Shown: positions 36,936 to 48,136 of the stretch, one piece after another
Numbering within the stretch: position 1 is the first letter of the stretch
Layout: each line of letters starts with the position of its first letter
DNA from: Lophium mytilinum
Lineage: Eukaryota
DNA: 64,000 nucleotides
Assembly (NCBI GenBank): GCA_010093605.1
Contig: MU004193.1
Location: 248,001 to 312,000 of the forward strand
Reading direction: 5' to 3'
Program-made: the position numbers and the translations under genes
The notes under the pieces: model-generated
What the model saw: the letters and a program-made list of their open reading frames with translations, nothing else
Told to the model about the DNA's origin: nothing
The model's database searches: none

Positions 36936-38493
36936 ATGCCGAGTGTACGGCGGGACAGAGCCTGGTTCCGCAGGTTGCACGATGAGACAGTGGAGTTTGG
37001 TGAGTGAGGGTCTATGCCGCTAATTATTAATCTCTAACCATTCCAGTCGCTAGTCGAGCTTCGGCTTTGGCTACAGAAGAACGCTCGCATCTCAATCGTG
37101 GCTATATAGGGGCAACAGAATAACATGCCAGCAAAAATGAGCTTGGCGAAATACAATGCCAGAAATTTAAGCGAGACGCCTCCGTTGCCGCTCTAAGCCA
37201 GATTTAGCTGTAGCGTTAAACTTCAGCGTCTATGCAGAATTATCTAGCATGCATAACTTATATAGCCCCGGCACACCGGCGCAGAGCTGCCTAGCTATTA
37301 TATGATGGCTAAAAGCAACCGCCAGCAATATAAAACTTGGGAAATCCACCTTACAGTAGCTAGTTTCCCCGGTCGCATGTCCTCTATAAGTGCCTGTAAG
37401 GTATATAAGAGGGAAAGTAGAGGGTTAGGGGGCGGCTAAGTGTTATATTATTTAGCGGTTACTCGGCTAACTTAGCACGTGCTATGCATATGCACGCCTC
37501 CCCCTTATCTTCTCCTGTCCCCCTTAGCTAATTTTCTATTCTACTTACCTTACAGGCACTTATAGAGGACATGCAACTAGGGAAACTAGCTACTATAAGG
37601 TAGATTTCCTAAGTTTAGTATTACTAGCGGGTGCTTTTAGCTATTATATAATAGCTGGGTAGCTCTACAGGCTAAGATAAGTTATACAATGCCGGAAAAT
37701 AACTTGTAGACGCTAAGGGCCGGGTTATAGTGCTAATTTACAGTAGTCTACACTGGATTTGGCATTGCTTAAGGCTGGTGGCGTCTGTAATGCATTTTCT
37801 GGCATTGTATTTCGCTAAGCTAATTTTTGCTGGCATGTTATTCTATTACCCAGCTATGTAGACGTATTATCATCTACCCCGGCAAAGAAAGATTCCAATT
37901 TGAATACGACAGCATCTTCGACCTTGCGCCGGGAGGCTACGAACTCGCGGTCACCATCGGTCTTGCACAGATCTCCGACCTACTCTCCGCCGGCCCCGGC
38001 TTCACGCCATGAGCCCACGTTACCCCAGCAGCCTTCCGGTCCCCGTCCGACCAGTATCTACTCTCAGCAGTCCTCGGCCTTGTGCCAGGACCAAACATCT
38101 GATTCCCGCCTTGGCTTTCAGGCCTTTCCGGTCACCGATTCATTTGCAGTGCCAGCAACTAGACCGCATGCCTCCATCCTTATTAAGAATGAGGGTAGCA
38201 GTTCTTCGGGGGACTCAAGGTCTTCGTCTCCGGCTGGTCGGGGACCAATCCTTTCGGATATCGACATGGCGAGTGTGAAATCGGTGGTATCAGATCGACA
38301 TGTCTCGGTAGATGGGAGTTCGCAGGGTGATGCAGAGATGGCGGATTTTCCCAATAAGGAATCCTCCTCCCCGACACGACAACAGCAGGCTTTTTTGGCC
38401 TTCGGAGTGTCTCAAACCGCCTCCTATGCAGCAATCACGAAGTGTATTTCAAATTTAATGCAGCCTTCAGGAGTTCTTCAACCCTTCATCTAA
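36936..38493 (+). pseudogene. S/P-rich hypothetical gene interrupted by a Mutator-like element
   Basis: ATG 36936, intron 37000-37046 (GTGAGT..CTAAC..CAG). Removing 37110-37861 joins exon 2 in frame to ORF 37900-38493. Confidence 0.7.
37110..37851. mobile_element. Non-autonomous Mutator-like / foldback DNA element, 742 bp
   Basis: GGG..CCC termini; outer 56-bp inverted repeat with 4 mismatches; inner arms ~37283-37403 pair with ~37546-37667; 10-bp flanking direct repeat GGCTATATAG / AGCTATGTAG. Confidence 0.88.
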
Positions 38494-39003
38494 ACCCGCA
38501 CACGACATCAAATGCCTCACGAAAATATCGGCCGAGTTCAATCCCGTGGTCTCTACCGCCTAACCTTCCTACTCTGGGCCTAATTCGTACCGCTGGTCCG
38601 TATCGAGCTACTAGGAACCCGTTCCGGATATGGCATCCGTATACCCCGCATGAGTCTAGACCAAAGGGGATGCGCCCCAGACTATCATGCTTTCCCCGGA
38701 TTCTGCATCAAACCATGTTTTCACCTACAGGTCGAAACTCCGAGCCCTCTGACTGGCTGAACAGCCCCTCGTGATAGAACTCTAAACCTCGCCACGACCC
38801 TGCCGCATCTGCCGCATGGCCGCCCACGGGTCATGTCCCAATCAGTCGGGCCGGCTATGAAACTTTCCTCTCCAACACATCCTCTCTCCCGCCTCACCGC
38901 TCACGCAAACCCTCATCACCCTCGTCGCACCCCTCGCGACTCCACCTTCTTCGTGTAGAATGGCCTTGCCCGCCGTGGTCGCCTATCAAGCGTATTCCGC
39001 AGG

Positions 39004-40224
39004 ATGACAACCGCCTCGTTTCATTTCTACAATGGCCATCAGAATGCCACCGCCGTCATCGTCGTCGTTTGCTCCGCCATCTCGCTCTACAATGCGCTTG
39101 AGCTGCTGCTTCTCATCTTGACGACCTTCCATGTGTACCGCGGACTGTACTTCTCGTCGCTCGTGGCTGCGAGCGCGGGGATAATCCTCTACGTCCTCGG
39201 CTTCCTCTTCGAGTACTTCAAACTCGCGCCGGAAGCGGTCGGGATCGCGGTCGACACGCTCGGATGGACGCTGATGGTGACCGGGCAGAGCGTCGTGCTC
39301 TACTCGCGCCTCGGGATAGTAATGGGGGAAGGGCATAGGCGCGGGCGAGTGCTAAGAGCCGTGAAGTGGATGATTATCCTCGACGCCCTGATCTTCCACA
39401 CTATGACGACCGGTACGCTATCCCCCAACCCCCCTCTCCTCCAGCATCCCGAAAGAATAGTCCTAGAGACGAAATCAGGAGAACGAGGGCTAATTAGGGT
39501 CAACAACAGTCGTCGTCTTCGGCGCCCACTTCAGCACCTCCCCCTTCTACACCGCCTACACCGCCATCGAAAAAATCCAAATGACCGCCTTCACCCTGCA
39601 GGAATTCATCCTGTCCGGCTTGATATCTACTACGTGCTGCAGATCCTGCGCTCGCGGCGGCGGCCCGAGTTCCTCCCGTCGACTACCTCGAACTCGCACG
39701 CCCGGTCCTCGTTCGGCTCGACGAAGCGCATCATGTACCAGCTGTTTAGTATCAATGTGATTATTATCGCGCTGGATGTCGGGTTGCTGGTTGTTGAGTA
39801 TATGAACCTGCACGTCATGGAGCAGACGTTCAAGGGCGTTACCTACTCCGTGAAGCTGAAGCTTGAGTTCGCGATCCTTAGTAAACTCGTTGAGCTGACA
39901 AGGCCGTCGGCGGGGCAGGGGACGGCGTCTGGGGTCGATTTCGCGTCGGCGGGGTCGGGACCGTGTCTTGGGCCGGATGATACGGGGATTGGGGCAAGGC
40001 AGGGGTCTGGGGCGGTGAATTGCTTCTCGACGGAGTGGTATGATGGCACCGAGCATGAGTGTAGTGTGGAGTTGGGGAGGGTGGCGAGTGCGGAGAAGCC
40101 GAGGTGGTTGGAGGAGTTGGAGAAGGAGGGGGTGGAGCATGTGGAGCGGGTGTATTCGAGGAGAGGGGGGGAGGAGGGGGGGGATGTGTTGTATGCGAGT
40201 GCGATGAGGTCGTTGGATAGGTGA
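39004..40224 (+). pseudogene. Fungal multi-pass integral membrane protein (DUF7703-like); frameshift in the spliced product
   Basis: ISLYNALEL..GLYFSSL..VTGQSVVLYSRL..YSVKLKLEFAILSKLV. After the 97-nt intron 39413-39509 the frame gives IEKIQMTAFTLQEFILSGL, then needs one extra base near 39622 to continue into IYYVLQIL. Could be a sequence error. Confidence 0.7.
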
Positions 40225-41879
40225 TTTAATGGTAATATCTTTAAAGTCATTGCTGATTAGGGGGGTTACTGATGGCGCTTTTTGTGATGGTTTGGAAACG
40301 GAGAACGGTTCACGTGATGCTCGAACTGGCACGTGCATGCCGCGTGGCCTCGGGTCTGGTGAGGTATATATATTTCGACTGCCTGCCTCCCCAAAGCCTC
40401 GCTCAAGGAAGCCGGTCCTCGGTTTGACATCAAGTTACAATGGGGCTGGCGACGGGTGGATTGGGTGTGGGGGTGGGAGGTGGCGAGGTGGGTTCAACAG
40501 AGCTCCAGGCAGGATCTCATGGTCCTGTGGAGTAGCCTGTGGTTTGCAAAACGTCCCGATCCCCCCATCCATGGCTGTGGCCGCGTTTGCAAATCGGTGC
40601 GCAAGACCAACTATGGGAACTGCTTTCGCACAACCAAATTTCCAAGTGTACGATGCCTGGGGGATTGGATCAATCCGGTCCAGTCGGCGCCCCATGGTCC
40701 GAGGGCTGGGGTTGGTGGGAGTTTCAAAACTGGAAGATGGGGACGTTGATGAGGGAGGTGGGGAGTGGAAGTGGGGCTGATAGGGGAAGGAGCAGTTCGT
40801 GGTGCAGTTCATCGATGTATCCGGCTGACTGAGAACAGTTCTGTTAGTGATTGTTTTAGGTAAGTGGGTAGGAATGATGTTAGTCGTCGTCTTCTGAGAG
40901 GTTTTCCGTCACAGCGGGCTTGTTTCGATGTGTATCATCAATAAAAAAGCTTCTTTTCCGCCTTGCAGCGCAAACCACTTCCTTACTCCACATAGTCCTT
41001 CCGACTCTTTCGAGGTTGATCTCCAAGCTCCAAGACCATAAGATGGTCGTGCAGTCTGTTTTGCTCAAAGCATCACAAGGCACTCGTTGTGATCATAAGG
41101 AGGGTAGATACACAGTTCTTATACTGGGGGATCTAGATTATGTCAGCAAGGGCACGTGATAAGCATGTGACTGTCGTCTTTCCCGAGAGTAAATATACGC
41201 TGCCCTTGGCATGCTAGCCGAGCCTCTAAACTCATCAGTAAAAGGGGCGTGATTTTCCCAAACACGAAAGATAAAATAAAGATAGCGTGCCAAGGTGGGC
41301 GTAAGACGGTATGCCTATTGTCTCCTCGGGATTTAAAAAAAGCGATCCACTCAGAGCGCATGTCGTCAGAGGGATGACTGGCATCTAAGAGATGGCAAGT
41401 TCTCTGAGAGAGTTCTTCATTACGCAAACTTGCGACCGTTTAGCATGTGAGACACCAGCTGTAGATTAAGGAGTTGATATTTTGCAATTTTCTCCTGTAA
41501 AGCCCACTAACAATTAAAAGGGAAGTTGAAATGTAAAGATTCTGACAGGCGTGAGCGTTTCATGCACCCCGCATCCCGAAAATGGATTGCATCGTCATGA
41601 TCTACATTGCGCAGGTACTCAACTGTTTCTTAGCCCCCAAGACGATCCTAATGCTACATACCGTACCCTGTTCGGGAAACTTGCAGGATCGGTGCCGTAA
41701 TCTCCGCACCTAACATCCATCCTTTTCTATAGGCTCGGTTCTACATAGACCGAGCAAGACTACAAGCATCGTGATCAGATTGACCGAGCATAGCCACAGG
41801 TCAGATTTTCGTATGTACTTAGACTCTCCACTACCCGCTCTTATATATATGCAAGGAGGGGTTCCTTTGCTTCGCAGCT

Positions 41880-43970
41880 ATGTTTTCCTTCTCGTCTATT
41901 GTCGTTTCCTTAACTTCTATACCGTTGCTTGCCATAGCACAGGATGACACCTCCTGGCATAAATATGTTCGTGCTCCGAGCACAGCACTTGTCTCGCCAT
42001 CTCGCATCGTCTCTACCTTGAACAATGTCACAAACGCGGATGCGCTGCTAACTACCGACTCGGACTACGCTACCCTGTCTCGAGCCGATGGAAGCGCAAA
42101 TACTACGTCGCCTACTATAACTATCGACTTCGGTCTTAATGTGGTCGGATTCCCGATCTTCACATTCGCGGGCGCCTCATCAAATAACCCTGGAATCCGT
42201 GTGGCGTTCTCCGAAACCATGGAATATCTCACAGATAGAAGCGATTTCACCCGCTCGGACAATGGCGACACCATCACGCACGGCACCGATCAACACGCTG
42301 TCCCAGCCAACGCAAGCGTCTGGACCGACGTCCATGGCTGCCAGGCATCCACCCCAAACCAGGTCTGCGCTGATGGTCTCCACGGCTTCAGATATATGAA
42401 AGTATGGCTTGACGCTCTAGCCGAAGACGAGCCCCTCGCGAACCCGTCCGGCGAGGTGAAGGTTCAGAGCGTGCAATTGAACTATACCGCGCTTCGAGGA
42501 ACCTCGGACACCTTTGAAGGGTGGTTCGAGTGCGGGGATGAAGAGTTGACGCAGTATTGGTACGATGCCGCGTATACCAACGATATGAACATCGATCTCT
42601 TCCTAAAAGATTACATCGACCCGCGGACCGCCTATACAGAGTCTCTCGATGGGCAGCAGGTACTTTTCGACGGTGCAAAACGAGATCGAGATCCTTATAT
42701 CGGAGATCTCGCCGTTTCTGGCCGAACACTATATTTGACGCATCCGAAATCCAAGATAGCCGCAAAGAACATGCTAGTAGACCTGGCGAATCATCAAAGG
42801 AGTGATGGCTGGATACCGCCCGCCAGTATCAACAACTACACACTCCCGCTCTACGATTATCCCCTTTGGTGGGTATTGACCTCTTACGATTATGTATTAT
42901 ACACCGGCGACACGAGCTACCTAGACCAAGTCTACCCAGCTCTCGTCAAACTCCTAGATACCTACTATCCCGCCAACACCGACAACACCACAAACCTGCT
43001 ATTCAAAGGCGATCCATTTGGCACATCAGGATACGGTGACTACGCCTTCCTCCCACGCAACGGCTCAGTCACATACTACAACGCCCTCTACGTCTACGCC
43101 CTCAAAGCCGCTTCCGAAATGGTGCCTTGGGTCGGCAAAGAAGACACGTCGGACTGGAGAAGCCGCGCGGAAACCGTCGCCACCGCTCTGAACGCCAACC
43201 TCTGGGACGACGCTGCAGGAGCCTACCTCGACTCGACCCTCGGCCCTATCCGCCACGCCCAAGACGGCAACTCCATCGCCATCCTCTCCGGTGCTGCCCC
43301 CTCTAATCGATCCGCCTCCGCATTATCCTATCTCTCCAAGAATATGCACCAGCCCTACGGCAACGCCTTCTACGACGCCGCCGGCGACGCTCTCGGCACC
43401 GACTTCTCCACCCGCGTATACGCCTTCATCTCCTACTTCGAGATCTCCGCGCGCTTCGAGACGAACGTCTCCGACACCGCCGTCGAGCAGATCAAGCGAA
43501 TGTATGGGTGGATGGCGAGCCAAGACCCAGGTGTCACGATGTGGGAGGGCATCGGGAAGAACGGGAGCTACTACGAAGAGGGATTCACGAGCTGTGCGCA
43601 TGGGTGGAGTACGGGGGTGTTGCCGGCGTTGACGAATTATGTGCTAGGAGTGAAGCCGACGGGGCCGGGGTTCCGCACGTTTGTGTTCAAGCCGGTGGTG
43701 ACGGAGGGTGTGACGTGGGCGAAGGGGGTGGTGCCGACACCGGGTGGGGGGATTGGGGTGGATTGGAGTGGGAAGGTGTGTAAGGTGAGTCCACCGGAAG
43801 GGAGCAAGGGGAGTGTGAGTGTGCCGGCGGAGAGGGAGGGGACTGTGAGTGTTGATGAGGTGGTTGTATGGGAGGATGGGGTGAGTAAGGGGTCTGGGGC
43901 GAGGTTTGAGAGTGGATATGTCACTGTTGATATCAAAGGGGGGAAGCAGGTCACGGTGAGCGTTAAGTGA
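41880..43970 (+). CDS. Secreted glycoside hydrolase family 78 (alpha-L-rhamnosidase-like)
   Basis: Signal peptide; GFRY, DGAKRDRDPYIGD, TMWE, SCAHGWS motifs; C-terminal GVVPTPGG domain; 696 aa, single exon. Confidence 0.92.
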   Translation: MFSFSSIVVSLTSIPLLAIAQDDTSWHKYVRAPSTALVSPSRIVSTLNNVTNADALLTTDSDYATLSRADGSANTTSPTITIDFGLNVVGFPIFTFAGASSNNPGIRVAFSETMEYLTDRSDFTRSDNGDTITHGTDQHAVPANASVWTDVHGCQASTPNQVCADGLHGFRYMKVWLDALAEDEPLANPSGEVKVQSVQLNYTALRGTSDTFEGWFECGDEELTQYWYDAAYTNDMNIDLFLKDYIDPRTAYTESLDGQQVLFDGAKRDRDPYIGDLAVSGRTLYLTHPKSKIAAKNMLVDLANHQRSDGWIPPASINNYTLPLYDYPLWWVLTSYDYVLYTGDTSYLDQVYPALVKLLDTYYPANTDNTTNLLFKGDPFGTSGYGDYAFLPRNGSVTYYNALYVYALKAASEMVPWVGKEDTSDWRSRAETVATALNANLWDDAAGAYLDSTLGPIRHAQDGNSIAILSGAAPSNRSASALSYLSKNMHQPYGNAFYDAAGDALGTDFSTRVYAFISYFEISARFETNVSDTAVEQIKRMYGWMASQDPGVTMWEGIGKNGSYYEEGFTSCAHGWSTGVLPALTNYVLGVKPTGPGFRTFVFKPVVTEGVTWAKGVVPTPGGGIGVDWSGKVCKVSPPEGSKGSVSVPAEREGTVSVDEVVVWEDGVSKGSGARFESGYVTVDIKGGKQVTVSVK

Positions 43971-44113
43971 GGCCAAAAGTAGAATACTTATCATCAGTAT
44001 CTTAAGATGTATCATTTTCTTTCATTCTCATTCTCTGCGCCTTCATAGCCAGCCCTTTAGCATACCGTCCATCATACCCATCTAAGCCCCGCAATCTACA
44101 CTTAATAAAACCT

Positions 44114-44797
44114 CTATTCCTCTCCCATCTCCTCCGCCCTCTCCTCCATGCGCTTCTCCAATCTCTCTTCCAACCCCTTCCTCTCCCCCCTCTCCCCTTC
44201 CGTCTCCACATACACCAACCTTCCACACGCCGGACAAAACTTACTCCCCCTCACCGCCACTAAAAAGCAATCCCGCCCCACCACACACCCGCACGGTACC
44301 CTCACTGCCACCTCCCTGAGATAGTCCTCCACCACCTCCCCCCACTCCCTCAAACACTTCCCGCACCCCTCCCCCTCCAGCTCCTCTACCGCAACTCTTG
44401 GACACCGCTCCCCAAACTCCGCAAAGAACTGCGTGCGCGTCGGCGTAACATACCCCTCTTCAGGCATATCCCCTTCCTCCCATTCGAAGAGATGAGCGCC
44501 GCATTTCGGGCATTTGTTGGAGGAGCGGAGGTGGTGTGTTAGGCAGTGCCCGCCGAGGATACAGTTGCAGGGGAGGCGGACAGGCGCTTCAGCGGGTAGG
44601 GTGGGTTGAGTGGGGTCGGGGGTGTTGTAGCGGCGGCCGCAGGTGAAGCAGGGGGTTGTTGGTGTGGAGCGGGTGGGGAGGGTGGCGGGCCAGGTGAGGG
44701 CGAAGGTGGTTCTGGGAGGTGGAGTGTAGGTCTTGTCTTGCAGATTGCTAGGTGTGGGGTTGGGCTTGGTGCGTTTAGTGTAGTTTTTGGGTGGCAT
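44114..44797 (-). CDS. Tandem double RING-finger protein (atypical zinc ligands)
   Basis: CFTC..VRLPCNCILGGHC..CPKC and CGKC..VRVPCGCVVGRDC..CPAC; likely start MPPKNY at 44797. Confidence 0.82.
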   Translation of the reverse strand: MPPKNYTKRTKPNPTPSNLQDKTYTPPPRTTFALTWPATLPTRSTPTTPCFTCGRRYNTPDPTQPTLPAEAPVRLPCNCILGGHCLTHHLRSSNKCPKCGAHLFEWEEGDMPEEGYVTPTRTQFFAEFGERCPRVAVEELEGEGCGKCLREWGEVVEDYLREVAVRVPCGCVVGRDCFLVAVRGSKFCPACGRLVYVETEGERGERKGLEERLEKRMEERAEEMGEE

Positions 44798-45319
44798 AGT
44801 GGAGGTTGAGGTTGGGTGGGTGTGCTTAGGTTGCTGAGAGTTCAAGCTGGGGTGGTTTAAGGTGGCGAAGTTGAAGAGCAGTGGAGGATGGGCTTGTGTG
44901 CGTTTGAGGATGTTTATCTTGAAGTTGTAGTGGTTTGGTGGTAGGGGCAGGCGATTGGAAACTAGGAGTGTGAATGAGCTTGCTTGGTTTGTCTGGCTGC
45001 TTGCGAGGTCATGCTGTTGAAGTCTTTCCACGTGCTTCTTCGTGGGAGCTATCCGAGCATTCTACGGGTCTGGTTGTATAAGCTAAGGTCTTAGATTAAA
45101 TGGCCTCATTCACCTTCACTTCAAAGCAGATCTAAGATGTTCGATACCTTCTCGAGGTGACCCCAGCAAGGATCGTTCCTAAGAAAGAATAGACAAGCGT
45201 GAAGACGTTTTCGGACTCTTCGGAGTTCCTTTCCAGCAGGATCGCTGCGGCCTTGTTAAGGGACTACATGCAGTGGTATGAACAAGGAGTTTGGATAGGA
45301 GTAGAAATGTACCGCGAAA

Positions 45320-46790
45320 CCTTTACGTTAACTCCTCGAATTTAGTGATACGTTGAGGAGCCACTTGCAGTGTTAAACGTGGTTGACTCGAGCATTACAG
45401 ACTAGGATAGATATGTAGTATGAGAAGCTTTACATTGACTCCAAATTGTAGCAATACGTTGAGGAACCACGTACAGTGGTAAACCTGACCAACTCCAGCA
45501 TGGTATCCCGGTCCAGATACAGAGCGTGAAACGTTTTACATCGGCACTCGAGTTCGAGTGATACGCTGAGGAGTCACTTGCAGTAATAAACATGCTTGAT
45601 CCAAAGTATTCTTGACTAGGCCGGATACGTGTTGTAGGAAACATTACATCCACTCCCAAATTCTAGTATTGTGTTGAGGAACTACAGACAGTAGTAAGCA
45701 TGTTCAACTTCAGCGTTTCGAACGGACCCGGACATGGAGGGTGAGAAGCTTTATATTGCCTCCCGAGTTCTAGTGATACGTTGAGGTACTTCATACAGTG
45801 GCACACACGTCAAAAGTCTGTCGTTCGAAGTGCCCTTGACTTTTACCGTGTCGATCGTGACATCACATTCCTGAGATTCCTGCGGCAGTAAGGCACCACA
45901 GACGGTGGCAAGCCCTAGAACTCGAAAAGTTTGAATAAGAACCTAATTTGAACTGTGGCACAAGTTACATCGTACCTGGCGTATTTCGGTGCGCCAGAGG
46001 ACTTCAGACGGTAGCAAGCAGGCGTGGAGAAGACGATGTTCGATCTGAAGTATGGCGCTTTTGACATCGTGTACAGGATATTGCAACGGTGTTGAAGCCT
46101 GTTAAACAGTGGCAACAAGGTAGCAAAACGCATACGAAATGGTACTAAACTTGCGTTCGAGGACCTCAGAAAGGCCCGGAGAAGGAGATTTTCCCATCAG
46201 CACGATTTAGAGTATAGCGCTCTTGACATCATGTACTAAGTTTTGAAGCGGTGTTGAGGCCCTTTAGACGGTGGCAAAAGGGTAGCAAAACATATATAAA
46301 AATAGTGCAAAACCTGTCTTTACAAATTTAGGGATTAGATACCGGCGAGATGCTCAATGTTACTCCCATCAGCCTAGATCGCAGTGCAGCGTTTCTGACA
46401 TCATGTACCGAATTTTATACCGGGTTGAGGCCCTTCAGACAGTGGCAAAAAGGTAGCAAAATACACGCACAGCTGGTCCAAAACCAATGTTTACAAATAA
46501 AAGCATCAGATATAGGCGACATCCTGGATGTTAGTCCCATCGATCTAGATCGCAGTGCGGCGCTTTTGACATCATGTATAGAATTTTGAGAACATGCTAA
46601 AGCCTATCAAACAGTGGCAAAATGGAAGCAAAACACACACAAAGCTAGTCCAAAACCTATGCTCACGTAAGCAAGCATCGGATATAGACGACATCCTAGA
46701 TGTCAATCCTATCACCCTGGATCGCACGGTAACGACTATGACATCCTCATTTCTAGAATTCAATTCAGCCAGGAGGACCTGACAGACCTA
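45320..46790. repeat. Degenerate tandem array, ~12 units, period ~107 bp changing to ~172 bp
   Basis: Core TTKACATC..GTTGAGG-N7/8-CAGTGG(C/T)AA recurs at about 45352, 45458, 45565, 45673, 45780, 45887, 45994, 46091, 46253, 46424, 46596 and 46770. Confidence 0.8.
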
Positions 46791-46888
46791 ACCTCGCAGT
46801 CAAAACATGCAACGAAGAGCTCCAATATAGAGAGTTTGAGCGGCATGAACTTGATCTATTGTTACAATCTACATTGCGTGGTACTCAT

Positions 46889-47003
46889 GCCACAACTTCT
46901 GCCATAACCACAACTACCGCCATAACCCTTAGTTCCGCCATCATCACAAGTTCCGCTGTCACCACCACTGCCACGATAACCACAAGTTCCGCCATAACCA
47001 CCA
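46889..47003. repeat. 18-bp degenerate minisatellite (ccacaagttccgccataa-like)
   Basis: About 6 units just downstream of the RING gene stop codon. Confidence 0.7.
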
Positions 47004-47034
47004 AACCCTACATCTCCCCGAACTTCTCCCACTT

Positions 47035-47814
47035 TCACCGCGAACCGCCACGCCACGCCGCCCAAGCCGCCGCACGCCGCGTGATCTGCTCCTCCCACCT
47101 CGTCGCTTCTTCTGGTCCGACGTAGTCTGGGCGGAAGTTCTCTGCCTCGTCGTCCCCCTCGTCGTCGTCCTCGTCGTCGTCCTCGTCGTCGTCCTCGTCG
47201 TCCTCGTCGTCTTCGTCGTCGTCCTCCTCGTCGCGGTTGTCAGGCGGAGGTCTGAACAACACGGCCTTGCACATTGGGCACGCGTTGTGCTGCCCCTCCC
47301 CCGTTGTGTAGCGGTGATCTTCTGGCATAATCCACTTTTCAAAGCAAAAATTACCGAACCTGTGCCCGCAGGCCAGTCTGATGGCGTGCTCGGCGGGGGC
47401 GTCGGGGAAGCTGGTGCCGTACTCTTGGCCACATATTGGGCACTCGGGGTCGTTTGGTGGGTTTTCGTCGCCGCAGCGCGTGATGCCGTTGTCGAGGAAG
47501 TCTTGCTTGGTCGGGCAGCCCTCGTAGGGGTCTTCTTCGTCTTCTAGTGCCGAGTCTTCGTCCACCGGTTCTGGGCCTTGCCGCCGGATGGTGTAGTAAT
47601 TATAGGGGAAATGTGCCCTCTGCGCGGGAGATTCTTGCTCAAAAGACGCGAAGTAGGAGTCGGGATAGTCAAACTCTGAGCCTGTGGAGCGGCGGGAGGC
47701 GGTGCTGGCAGGAGGTGACGCGGACGGGTGACGCTGCTGTTGCTCTTCGTGACTGGAGGAGCTGGAAGACGCGGAGCGGGCAGGAGGTGACGCTGACTGG
47801 CGTGAAGAGTCCAT
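47035..47814 (-). CDS. RING-finger protein with poly-D/E tract
   Basis: CPIC..IRLACGHRFGNFCFEKW..CPMC; GAC/GAG trinucleotide run at ~47147-47232; 259 aa. Confidence 0.88.
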   Translation of the reverse strand: MDSSRQSASPPARSASSSSSSHEEQQQRHPSASPPASTASRRSTGSEFDYPDSYFASFEQESPAQRAHFPYNYYTIRRQGPEPVDEDSALEDEEDPYEGCPTKQDFLDNGITRCGDENPPNDPECPICGQEYGTSFPDAPAEHAIRLACGHRFGNFCFEKWIMPEDHRYTTGEGQHNACPMCKAVLFRPPPDNRDEEDDDEDDEDDEDDDEDDDEDDDEGDDEAENFRPDYVGPEEATRWEEQITRRAAAWAAWRGGSR

Positions 47815-48136
47815 CTTGAGGATGTTGTGAATGATTTCTCGAGAGTGTGCAGTGGATGTTGAGGGAAAGATCGTGAGACGTTGGAGGGAGGTTTGTGAAG
47901 TGGACGTGGCTGGCGAGTGGGGCCCGTCCTACAACACAACAACTGTTTTTAGGCGGGAGGGCGAGACGCAAGCTGGAGCAGTCAGCTCGAACTTTCACCC
48001 ACCGCCTTCAAACTTACATGCATGTTGCAAAGCCTTAGACCTCATCAACTTCAAGACCGCGCTTCAAGCTCTCCCTCTCTTCAACCACCAGACACACCAA
48101 GTCTTGCCAGACACCACCACCCGAACCCACCCCAAG

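Noticed and set aside
39556..40812. Long antisense or overlapping ORFs in GC-rich genes (also 10813-11481, 15814-16284, 43291-44015)
   Set aside because: Shadow frames of real coding sequence or low-complexity sequence, with no motifs of their own.
46350..46782. Repeated-peptide ORFs (LDVxPIxLDRS..QWQxGSK)
   Set aside because: They arise from the 171-172-bp DNA repeat, and the frame is not kept from unit to unit.
46859..47125. Thr/Ser-rich ORF
   Set aside because: Translation of the 18-bp minisatellite with a TTG start, overlapping the RING gene antisense.
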